A stretch of 64,000 nt of DNA from a virus. Location: positions 31,679 to 95,678 of the IMG/VR virus record IMGVR_UViG_3300012942_000035; one strand, written 5' to 3'. Shown piece after piece: positions 21,284 through 32,100 of the stretch (position 1 is the stretch's first letter; the number at the start of each line of letters is the position of its first letter). Under the pieces are notes generated by a model. The model saw nothing but the letters and a program-made list of their open reading frames with translations, made no database searches and was not told where the DNA came from. The translations under genes were made by a program, and so were the position numbers.

Positions 21284-21756
21284 TGGCAGCAGATTGGACC
21301 GCTAACGCGATAATGTCATGGAACGGTAATATGATTACTGACCATGGCCGTCAATCTTTGAGCGAGAGTGTTGAGAGAATCGGCACCGATAAGCGTATGG
21401 CTGATGGTACGCTGCGCAGGCAGTTCATAGGTCTTAAGCGCACCTGGCAGGCACAGTGGGATAATCTACCCTCTACCAACAGGATTGCAACAGGATATAA
21501 GACCGCCGATGGTAACTGGTCTGGTGAGCAGATTGAATCCTTCTACCGCACTACCAGTGGCGTATTCAGACTGGTACTCAGGCGCGGTAGTGCTAAGGGC
21601 AAGGCCGTACCGGCTGGGGCCTCCACACCAGGAGTTCCGTATTCTGATAATGATTTCTACGCTGTTGACGTAATGTTTACAGACTTCTCCAAAGAGACCG
21701 TGAAGCGTGGCACGGTAGACCTTTGGAATATGTCAGTGACTATGGAAGAAGTATAA
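21283..21756 (+). CDS. Minor tail protein (distal-tail-like)
   Basis: Follows the tape measure; RMADGTLRRQF...VTMEEV pattern. Confidence 0.65.
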   Translation: MAADWTANAIMSWNGNMITDHGRQSLSESVERIGTDKRMADGTLRRQFIGLKRTWQAQWDNLPSTNRIATGYKTADGNWSGEQIESFYRTTSGVFRLVLRRGSAKGKAVPAGASTPGVPYSDNDFYAVDVMFTDFSKETVKRGTVDLWNMSVTMEEV

Positions 21757-24700
21757 TGAAGTCAGTTGCTACAGCCACACGCGACACCATTACAAACGAC
21801 TACGTAAACGAACTGTCTTTGGTGGTCGAGGGCGAGTGGAAGAACAATCGCTTCTATCGTACCGCCGTCGATAATACTCCATCTGAGGACACCGATGGGT
21901 ATGATGTAGAACTATTTCCCATTGAATCCATATCCATGAGTAACAGGCCGACCTCCGGTATCAATAAGGGTGTGGTCAATCAGGCTCGTGTAGAGCCAGA
22001 ACTACATAGTGTCGTGCCAACATCACGATACTATCTATCATCTACCTCTGACGTATACAAGTATTGGCAGTCACCATATCCCTCAGCCACCGCAGCACCG
22101 TATGCGATGACCGGGTGCGCTCCACAGGTAACGTATTGTGAGGATAATACCGATACCGAGCCGACTCCGATTGTGGTGTCCGCGAACAAGATTCACTTCA
22201 CTGTAGAGACCAGTTGGTGCCGCCCGGTAGATTATGATATCCAGGTAATGTATACCACTACAGATACATGGCACACTGTTGCATCCGATATACCGGTTCC
22301 AGATTCTGGTCTTGTAGAGATATGGTATAACGGTTCAACATGGAGCGCGACTAAGGTTCTAGATAAGAGCACCACGCTGTGCGCGGTAAGACTAGTCATC
22401 AACAATATGAACAAGTATGGATACTTCAATCTTATCGAACTAGGTGCCGCCATTGAGTTGGACTTGTCCAAGGACACTGTGAATTTACAGGATAACTTCA
22501 ACATGGGTGACCCAGACTTCATTTCACCGCTCGGTAATATATCATCTAATACTGGCTCATTGGCGCTATTCAATGACACTAGGATATACGACAACGAGAA
22601 CCCAGATTCTGCACTCTATGGCATTTTGGACCGAGGTGCAACCATAAGGGCGTGGTATGACTACGATGGTGATAAGGTCCAAGAGATAGAGATGGTTTCT
22701 GATACCTGGAAGGAAGATGACGATGCGACCGTCACGGTCTCGTTGATAGACAATTCAAAGTTCCTACAGGACACCACGCCACCGGTAGTCCTTTACCGTA
22801 ACCTATCTGTACAGGAGATAGTATGGAGACTATGTGACATTATCGGATTCAACAAGTATGAAGTAACTCCAATAGATGAGTCTATAGCCACACCATCCAT
22901 TGTAGATATATTCTGGACCGATGGACAGAAGTCTGCATGGGACACATTCAGCGAGTTGGCTAGAGCAACTCAAACGGCCATATACTTCGACTCCTTTGGT
23001 GTGTTGCAGGTAAAGACCAGATATGCTGCATGGGATGATACCAAGAGTGAGGATTACTCATTCTACAAGGATACCGTCGCCGGTAGTCAACTAGCCAATA
23101 TGGTCAGCCTTACCAATAACTCAGAATATGAAGCCAACAAGGTAACGGTAAACTGGAAGCCTACCGGGTTCGACCCGAGAATAGGATGGATTACACCATA
23201 CAAGGTGGTATGGAAGCCGGATAACGATGTGGTCATCCGTACGTCAGAATTGGTCGGTAGCCTTACGAATCAGGACTATATCAAGTTGAGTGCAAAGGAT
23301 GGGGCCACCTGGCCATGGAAGGGTATGTGTCAGATTGATGGAGAGTGGATTTCCTATGAGGGCAAGCAGTACGGGTATTACGACTCTACTCGTATCAAGA
23401 AATGGACGTATGTGAATAGTTATGCTGCGCAGAAGAAGTTGGATGCTCAATCGCCACCGGAATTGAAGCATCTCAATGGATATAATGGTAAGTTGAAGAT
23501 TACCGAGCGCGGGGCATACAACACCGACACTACCAATCACGTTGTGGGGATATCACCAGTTTGGAACAAGGGCGTTCAGGTCAACTACGGCCCGACCGTC
23601 AATACCTCCAAGTATTTCAGATACAACAAAGGTCAGTCCAGCATTACTATACAGAATCCTGGTAACAGCGGAATCAACAGGTACAGATATCTACATCGCG
23701 GTAACCCTGTAGACCAAGGATATAGGTGGATTGGTACTAGGTTGAAGATTGACGCAACCTCACATTCGGATAAGGTCGGCGGTATCTTCTTCAACTCTGA
23801 TACTAGTCTCGGAGTTGGATACTTCATAGAAGTGACGGCATCGGTTAAGGTCAACGGTAAGAAGAAGAGTACCAAGAACGAACTAATGCTCTACTCTATG
23901 GACGGGGCCGGTAACAAGAAAGTATTCGGTGGAGAGACCGTTGTAACCAAGCATACCCATAAGGGTAAGGGTAAGAAGTCAAACAAGAAGAGGATTACCA
24001 AGACCAAGACTGATATCGGCGTAAGCCTCGCGGTGCCACAGAACAGGTACATTGATATTGATATCGTGTACAGTCCCGGTGGGGCGGGTGCTGCGGATAA
24101 TATCCAGGTCTGGGCTAACGGAACCTTTAGATTCAACGCAACAATACCAGCGGGCACCTGGAAGCACGCCAGCGGGGCTCGTTTCGGTCTGTACGCGCGC
24201 GGTAGTTCATCAGTCACATTCGACTATGCATACGCTATCTCCAATACAGCAATCTCTATTCCTACATTAACAAGGTACTTTGATGCCATCGAGAACGATT
24301 GGCAGAGCACTATGATTAGGGATATGATATACGAGACCAGGAAGGTCAGGAAGAAGGTCAGGAAGAAGAACAAGAAGGTATTGCAGAAATACAACTTGAG
24401 AATATTTGATGACTTTGGGCCGATGGTACATGAGATTAGGAAGTTCGATGTCACATTCTCTGATGAGACCATAGCCTCGATACAGGCTAAGTTGTATTCT
24501 TCCAACCAGGGTGCAGCACCGTTCGGATTCTGGTATGACCCCAAGCATGCTCACTTTATGATTGCTAATACTTCCAAGAGGAACCTTGTTCTCAGTGGTG
24601 ATGATAATACTACCGGCTCGACGGTGAACCAGAAGTTGTTCGTATACGGACGCCCGGTAGTACAACAGGAAGCCCAAACCATCGTAAAGAATGATGAATG

Positions 24701-24974
24701 GGCACAGAACAGAAGAGGTATCATTGATATAGAGTTTGAATCTGATTGGATTCAGAACCAATCCGAGGCCAATGCCCTATCGGATTGGATGACTACCCAC
24801 TGGTCTAGAAGTGATACATCTTTGGACGTTGAAGTGTTCGGCAACCCGATGATAGAACTCTGTGATGTGGTTCATGTGAAGTGGGACGACATAGACGATA
24901 AATTCTATGTGATTGCAATATCCAATACCTTCGATTCTGGACTTACTACCTCGCTTACGCTCAGGAAGGTCTGA
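21756..24974 (+). CDS. Minor tail/baseplate hub protein
   Basis: About 1072 aa; YFDSFGVLQVK; C-terminal FGNPMIELCDVV...TSLTLRKV typical of tail-tip proteins. Confidence 0.7.
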   Translation: MKSVATATRDTITNDYVNELSLVVEGEWKNNRFYRTAVDNTPSEDTDGYDVELFPIESISMSNRPTSGINKGVVNQARVEPELHSVVPTSRYYLSSTSDVYKYWQSPYPSATAAPYAMTGCAPQVTYCEDNTDTEPTPIVVSANKIHFTVETSWCRPVDYDIQVMYTTTDTWHTVASDIPVPDSGLVEIWYNGSTWSATKVLDKSTTLCAVRLVINNMNKYGYFNLIELGAAIELDLSKDTVNLQDNFNMGDPDFISPLGNISSNTGSLALFNDTRIYDNENPDSALYGILDRGATIRAWYDYDGDKVQEIEMVSDTWKEDDDATVTVSLIDNSKFLQDTTPPVVLYRNLSVQEIVWRLCDIIGFNKYEVTPIDESIATPSIVDIFWTDGQKSAWDTFSELARATQTAIYFDSFGVLQVKTRYAAWDDTKSEDYSFYKDTVAGSQLANMVSLTNNSEYEANKVTVNWKPTGFDPRIGWITPYKVVWKPDNDVVIRTSELVGSLTNQDYIKLSAKDGATWPWKGMCQIDGEWISYEGKQYGYYDSTRIKKWTYVNSYAAQKKLDAQSPPELKHLNGYNGKLKITERGAYNTDTTNHVVGISPVWNKGVQVNYGPTVNTSKYFRYNKGQSSITIQNPGNSGINRYRYLHRGNPVDQGYRWIGTRLKIDATSHSDKVGGIFFNSDTSLGVGYFIEVTASVKVNGKKKSTKNELMLYSMDGAGNKKVFGGETVVTKHTHKGKGKKSNKKRITKTKTDIGVSLAVPQNRYIDIDIVYSPGGAGAADNIQVWANGTFRFNATIPAGTWKHASGARFGLYARGSSSVTFDYAYAISNTAISIPTLTRYFDAIENDWQSTMIRDMIYETRKVRKKVRKKNKKVLQKYNLRIFDDFGPMVHEIRKFDVTFSDETIASIQAKLYSSNQGAAPFGFWYDPKHAHFMIANTSKRNLVLSGDDNTTGSTVNQKLFVYGRPVVQQEAQTIVKNDEWAQNRRGIIDIEFESDWIQNQSEANALSDWMTTHWSRSDTSLDVEVFGNPMIELCDVVHVKWDDIDDKFYVIAISNTFDSGLTTSLTLRKV

Positions 24975-25018
24975 CTAACAGAAGTTGCATAATTAACATA
25001 CTTCGGTATAATTGAGGT

Positions 25019-25333
25019 ATGAGTGTAGACAACTGGTTGGAATTTGACGAAGGTCAGGAGATGCCACCGGATTTGTCCGGCGTCCGCTATCGAGATACTG
25101 ATGGTGCTGGCGAGGACGTTGAATTCACAGAGGATGACTTCGTTGATTATGAGGACGATGCCGCGCCCGGTAGCGGGTTCGTTGAAGATGAACTTGACCC
25201 ACCCTCATCTATGGAGGTTGTCTCACAGACCGTCAGAACAGGACCGGACGGTAACCAGGTAGTTGATGTGGTTATTGATGTCGAAGATATCGACGGAGCA
25301 ATCAACTACGAGTTCAGGATTACTAAAGCATGA
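25019..25333 (+). CDS. Acidic hypothetical protein
   Basis: ATG 6 nt after TATAAT; 104 aa. Confidence 0.65.
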   Translation: MSVDNWLEFDEGQEMPPDLSGVRYRDTDGAGEDVEFTEDDFVDYEDDAAPGSGFVEDELDPPSSMEVVSQTVRTGPDGNQVVDVVIDVEDIDGAINYEFRITKA

Positions 25334-26157
25334 TAACAGCAAATGGTAGAACGTTCATCAAGAACTATCTAGCCGGACAGGCGGGGTCTGTGGCCGGTTC
25401 TATTGCTGTTGGCATCGGCGCTGCGGCAGCAACACTGAATGATTCTAAATTGCAGTTTGAGTTCGCTCGCTGCCCGGTAGATACCATTGCCTACGACTTC
25501 ACCACCGACTCTATCATATATAAGGGCTCTTTGGACGAGACCATCGGCGGTAAGATTTATGAGGTCGCCCTATACTCTGATGATGTCAATGCCACAGACC
25601 TATCCAGTATCATGATTACGTCATTTGACTCTGATGATGAGGATTGGGACACCGGCACCTGGGATTCATCTGTCAGTAGGATTGGTAACGATTCCTTGAA
25701 GCATACCCCAGCCGCATCCGCTACCAGCGCGTCGGTATTGGGCGGTCTATTGGTCAACTTTGAGGATTATTCATCATCTGACGTATTTACGCTCGCATTC
25801 AATGTTGACAATGCGAACTGCGCTAGCATCGCCGTAAGGTTCAGGACTGACTCTGCTAATTACTATGAGTATGTGATATCCAACCCTAGTGTTAGTTACC
25901 AATTCGTTACATTTGCCAAGGGTGCGTTCACCGTCACCGGCACACCGGATTGGGGAGATATCAACGAGATTGAGATTAGAACCACAGCCAAGGCTGCCGG
26001 GTCGGCGTCGGTAGAGTTCGAAGGGCTTCGTCTAGAAGATGTAGATGGACCATCTCCGACGTACGGACTACTTGCAAGGTTCGTACCTAGTGTACCTGTT
26101 CTCAAGACCGAGGGGTTCGTCCAGGACATAGAATATGCTTTGGCGGTTAATATCTAA
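25330..26157 (+). CDS. Minor tail/baseplate protein
   Basis: MITANGR...IAVGIG...LQFEFAR...IYEVALY, a common phage tail N-terminal pattern. Confidence 0.65.
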   Translation: MITANGRTFIKNYLAGQAGSVAGSIAVGIGAAAATLNDSKLQFEFARCPVDTIAYDFTTDSIIYKGSLDETIGGKIYEVALYSDDVNATDLSSIMITSFDSDDEDWDTGTWDSSVSRIGNDSLKHTPAASATSASVLGGLLVNFEDYSSSDVFTLAFNVDNANCASIAVRFRTDSANYYEYVISNPSVSYQFVTFAKGAFTVTGTPDWGDINEIEIRTTAKAAGSASVEFEGLRLEDVDGPSPTYGLLARFVPSVPVLKTEGFVQDIEYALAVNI

Positions 26158-29100
26158 TGGCTAGATTATTGATACCGGACCTGCAGCCGGGTACACAGTT
26201 CTACGTGCAGGTCCGCGCGGTAGATAGAGACTCAGCATCCGAGTTCAGTCGTAAGTTCTCATTCGTTACCACAAGTGATAATACTCCACCGGACACCATC
26301 ACATGGGCATCATCTGATGCGTGGGTCGTCAGTGGAGATGCATTCGTTGCCACCTGGCAGGCCATTGATACGTCTCTACCTCAGAACATGGACTTCGACC
26401 ATTATGAACTAGAGGTTGGTAATGGTGTAAGAACATCTGTCGTATTGACCAATAATACATCATTCACACTGACGTTCGAACAGAATCAGATTTACTTCGG
26501 TACCCCATCTGCAACGGTGACTGCGCGCGTGCGCTCGGTAGACCGTGTTGGTAATGTATCCGCGTGGAATACGCTTCTCAGCGCTACCAACCCGGCCCCG
26601 GCACCAGTCAACTCCATTTCTACGAATCCACTATATGACTCTATTCAGGTCTCATGGGACGCCGGTACTCTACCGGACGACTTCTCATCGTTCCTATTGC
26701 AAGTGTCAACTACCTCCGCATCGGCTGGATTCTCCACCGTATACAATGGTGCTGACCCGACATTCACCCATCCGACTACACAGTATGTCACCAACCACTG
26801 GTTCAAGGTATTCGTACGAGATAAGTTCGGTAGTTTGTCATCTGGTGTCACATCGAGCGCGGTAAAGCCTAAGAACGCATACTCTGTAGACTCTACCGCT
26901 CCTAATGCTCCTACGAGTGTAACAGCATCAACCTCATATAACGCTACCAGGCAGGAGTCATATATTGATGTGTCATGGCCAGCCATTTCCAACCCGGAAA
27001 ATGACCTGGCTGCATATGTCATCAGATACAGCAATTCTACTTCTGGACCATGGAACTATGTAAAGGTAGATAAGGACACCCTTACTGCAAGATTGACCGT
27101 TACTCCTGGACAGCCGTACTATGTCGGAGTAAGGACGGAGGACTGGTCTGCTAACAAGTCAGCCTATGTCAATGCAGGAACATACCCGATTACGAGTGCT
27201 GTGGATACCGCCGCACCATCTACTCCTACCGGGTTGGCTGTGGCTGCGTCGAATGTGCTCGGAACCAACTTTGTTGCGACGTGGAATGCCAACACTGAGA
27301 ACGACTTCAAGGAATATGAACTTGGTATCGTATATTCTGGTGGAACAGAAGTATTCTATAGAACTACTGCTAGGCGATTCGATTTCACGCTCGACCAGAA
27401 CAAGTCTGCGTTTACCACACCGCGCCCGGTACTCAATTTCAGGGTACGCGCATGGGATGACAATGGTAATGTAAGTTCATTCACGTCCGTAGTAACAGGG
27501 GCTATCGCTGCCCCTGCCGCCCCAACGGCATTGTCTGGCGTTACCGGAGCGAACTCAATTCAGACATCATGGACACCATCTGCATCAACTACTGTAATCG
27601 GATATAACGTATATCAGGGAACTGCAGCCAATCCGACCACGCTCGTAGGATTCTCCAATACCACCTATTATGTGGTCACGGTATCCACCACTGTTGGACA
27701 ATACTTCACAGTCAAGGCCGTAGACGCATTCGGACAAGAGTCTGTCGCGCTCAGTGGCGGGCCATATTCTGCAACCAATCCATTCCTGGTAGACACTACC
27801 CCGCCAGCCGTTCCAACGTCTTTGGCCGCTACGCTTTCAAACAACACTAATGGTGTAGGTCAAAGAGCATCTGTCACATGGGCTAATGGAGCCGAGACCG
27901 ACCGCGCCGGTATTGAATTGAGTTTCAAGAGACATTCCGATACCGTATGGACATCAGTATTCTATGGTAAAGACGCTACCAGCGCGATTGTAGACCTATC
28001 GTACGCATATACTGCATATGACTTTAGAATCAGAGCATTCGATAACAGCGGAAACTTCTCAGCATGGTCAGCAACATTGGCCAAGGGCGCTATCGCCAAC
28101 GTTGCTCCGAGTAACGTTACAGGGTTGTCTGCTGTATCCACCACCAACTCTATCACCTACACCTGGACTCTGGTAGCAGATGCAGATGTCAGTAACTATG
28201 AATTGACATTCTCAACATCTTCCACATTCGCATCAGGCAATATCACCTATTACTCTGGTAATTCTAATACCATAACAGTATCTGGATTGTCTCCTGATAC
28301 TACGTACTACGCGCGCGTGCGCGCGGTAGATTCTGCAGGTCTTACCTCAGCCGCATGGTCTGGAACAGCCATAAAGGCTACAAGCCCATATAGTAGTGGA
28401 CTTAGCGATGGTGTCGCCCCGGCATCATCACCGGCACCGTCCGTGCTTGGTGGGATAGGATATCTATTCGTGTCATGGGCACCGGTAACCAATAACGACC
28501 CGGTAACCTATGAAGTCCATATCTCAACCATCTCAGGATTCACTCCTACGAGTGGTACCAAGGTTGCCGAGATAAGCGGAACTATTATTAGTTTGGAGAA
28601 AGACGCAGCCGGTACTGCCCTGGCCTATGGTACTACATATTATGTCAAGACCATTGCTAAGGACGTAGATGGTGCTGCCACGGCCAGCAGTCAAGGTTCA
28701 GGTCAGATATCCAAGGCTGATACCGCCGATATTGCTGTCGGAGCAATTACAGCATCGTCCGCGATTATTGCCAACGCAGCCGTAACGAGTGCTAATATTC
28801 AAGATGCTGCAATCACTACGGCCAAGATTGATAATTTGGCTGTAACTAACGCTCAGATTGCAGATGCTACCATAACAAATGCTAAGATTGCAGATTTGTC
28901 TGTATCCAAGTTGACTGCCGGTACAGTCGGTAGTGGCGTCGGTATCACCATGGCCGCAGGTTCATCCATTCTTCTCAATGGCGGCTCGGTATATTCCAAC
29001 ACCTATTCTACCAGCGGCGGTACATCAGGATTCAGCCTTAGTGATTCCGGCCTCATCATCAGGAGCGGTGATATCTCTGCAGCCGCATTGACGACCGGTA

Positions 29101-32100
29101 CCATCTCTGGCACCAATACTATTACTCTTTCAGGTTCCAATGCCAAGATTGTCGCCGGTAGCTGGTCACTCAGTGGTGATGGTCTAACGATTCCTAATGG
29201 TGCTATTACAGCTTCCAAGTTGAATATCACCATAGGTGGAGATAACTTGATATCTGGCTCTAACTGGTCGAACGGACAGACCAATGGCTGGGGCGCGACG
29301 AGCGGCACGCTGTCTATTTCATCTACTGTGTCGTATTGGGGTGGATACTCTATCAAGCTTACCACCGCTGGTACTATTTACCCGTTGTTGGTAAAGGCTC
29401 TGCCGAACTCAATGTTGAAGCCGAATACCACCTATCAATTCTCAGCGTGGGTATATGTACCATCGTCTGGTGGAGTAGCATATCTTTCATTGTCTACAAG
29501 AAATATCAATACAAGTAGCCCATCAATTACCGAGGTAATTGTTGGTAACCTTCTACCTGCATATGATTCTTGGAAGAAGATTACGGTTACATTCACCACA
29601 TTGGCCTCCATGGGTACGAGTGATGTGTCGTTGTATGTTTGGGCTCCATATACTCCTGCTGCTGGTTTGATTTGGTATACCGGCGCGGTATCTGTAACTG
29701 AGGGTGACATTGCTCCTGCATATTCACCGCGTAGCGATGATATTCTACCGGGCACTATTGTTGGTAATATGATTCAGGCCAACACGATTGATGCGGCGAG
29801 TTTAGCGGCCAACACGGTCATCACGCAGAACCTCAGTGTCGGTAATAGTTTGATTGTGGGATTGAATGCCACAGATGCATCATCGTTGGTGCGTTCATAC
29901 AACTGGACTGGAACCGGTTCTACTGTAGGTTGGGGCATTCTCGGTAATGGTACTGCATACTTCCAGAATGCCACCGTCAAGGGTACGATTAATGCTACCG
30001 GAGGTAGTTTCTCGGGCTCCATCACCGCCAGCGGCACTATCACGGGCGGTACGTTCACGGGCGGCACCGTACAGACCTCTACGACGGCCACAACGAACGG
30101 TGTGGTAATTAACAGCACCGGCATCAAGGGATATGGTGCATCGACACAGAAGTTTTTCCTAGACGCCTCTAACGGCAACCTGACGCTTACCGGTGCAACA
30201 AGCATCGGCGGTACGTTGGTAGTATCCGGTGCCACCACGCTTAACAGCACATTGACCGTATCATCGGGCTCCATTACCGGTGGTGGATGGACGCTCAATT
30301 CGTCAGGTATGACTATTCCTGCTGGTGCAATCAGCGCCGGTAGTCTTTCATTGCAGAATAGTCAGAATATTATCAGTCCAGCATATGCAGACTTCGAATT
30401 CCCACCGACGTACTACAAGACCAATGTGATTACATCACAGCCGAGTACATCTACCGTATCAGTAGTTACTGATACCACGGCCAAGTATAACTCTCAATGC
30501 CTACAGTTCCGCAATACCGCCACCGGTACGACTCCTATCGTTTACCTATCTACAGCATCTACAGCATACAATATTGCTAATATGGAGTTTGGTAAGTCAT
30601 ATATAATTTCTGCTTGGGTTCGCAATCCTCTTGCCTCAGCAATTAGTGTCGGAATTTCTACGAGACGAGCATCTGATGCCGTGTTTACGAATGTAGTAGC
30701 CAATACTGCTCTTGCCTTGAGTTCTACATCATGGACTCGTATATCTGGTGTGTTTACCCCAGCAGCATCAGATAGATATTTGATAGCATTTACTAACAAT
30801 GCCGCTGCTGCTGGACAAGGATTCGATATTGATGCTATTCAGATAGAAGAGAAGATTACCAACTCTTCTGCACCTTCTACGTGGACTCCACCGAGCAGCA
30901 CCACTATTGATGGTGGGCAGATTAGAACGGGTGCTATTGCGTCTACCGCGTTTGCTCTTGATGAGAATGGTAATCAGATGCTGGATGCGTCCGGTAATCC
31001 GGTACCGGCGTGGAGCATCAACACCGCCGGTAATGCTGTATTAGGTGACGCTTGGATTCTTGGTAATATTATTGTAGGTGACCAAGCATACGATGGAACG
31101 CAGGCGCTACCAAGTATTAGGTCGTACAACTATGATGAGAACTTAAAGACGGGTTGGAGTATTAATAGTGATGGTTCTGCTGTGTTTAGGAATGCTATTA
31201 TTAGTTCTGATGCGCTTGTAGACGGTAACTTGACCGCCGCGATGTCGATTCAAACTGGTGGTGCGATTATCGCATCCGGTATTCATGGTGAGAGTGTAGA
31301 ACTAAATAGTGATGGATTCACAGTTCACGGTGCTGAACAACAAAATATCATATCAGTAAGTATCACTAGTAACATCGCCACTATTGTCACCGCATCACCA
31401 CACGGGTTCATTGATGCCGCTACCGATGCTGATAATGCTACTGAGGTAATCATCCGAGGTGTGGATGATTATTTAGGATATACCTCGCGAGTATTCGATG
31501 GAACCTATATCGTTGCCACATCACCAACCACCAGTTCGTTCACATATGCCTTGGATTCATCACACGCCAACGTAACGTCTACTGCCGTGAGCGCGACGGT
31601 ACTCGGAGAGTCTGCATATATCACAACTGGACCTACTCTCATCGACTTCCCGACAGACGCCTCTAACCCAAACATCATCTCCGGTACGATGATTACCGAT
31701 AATATCTCGGTCAACCAGAGCCTGTCAATATCTGGTCAAGCCCTTATTGGTGCTAATACTACCATGTTCTTGACCTCTACGATTACCACGCCAACATCCA
31801 AGCCGGTACTTACTTGGACCAATACTAGATTTGCCACCTACCCGATGCAGGCCGATACTTCTCACCTACATATTTCAAATACTTTGGGAATGTGTCGAGG
31901 TCACGATGGGGATATGCGTTATTTGCAGATAGCAGTTGATGATGATTATGATATTGTTCAATACATTGGAAAGATGTCATTGAGTTCCGGCGCGGTGGGC
32001 TCTAAAGTCGTTAATCTGCCATATACTACAAGTGATGATGGAGAATTAATTAACTTCTTTAGTATTCAATACGACTCTGTGAATAATCTTTACTATGTAC

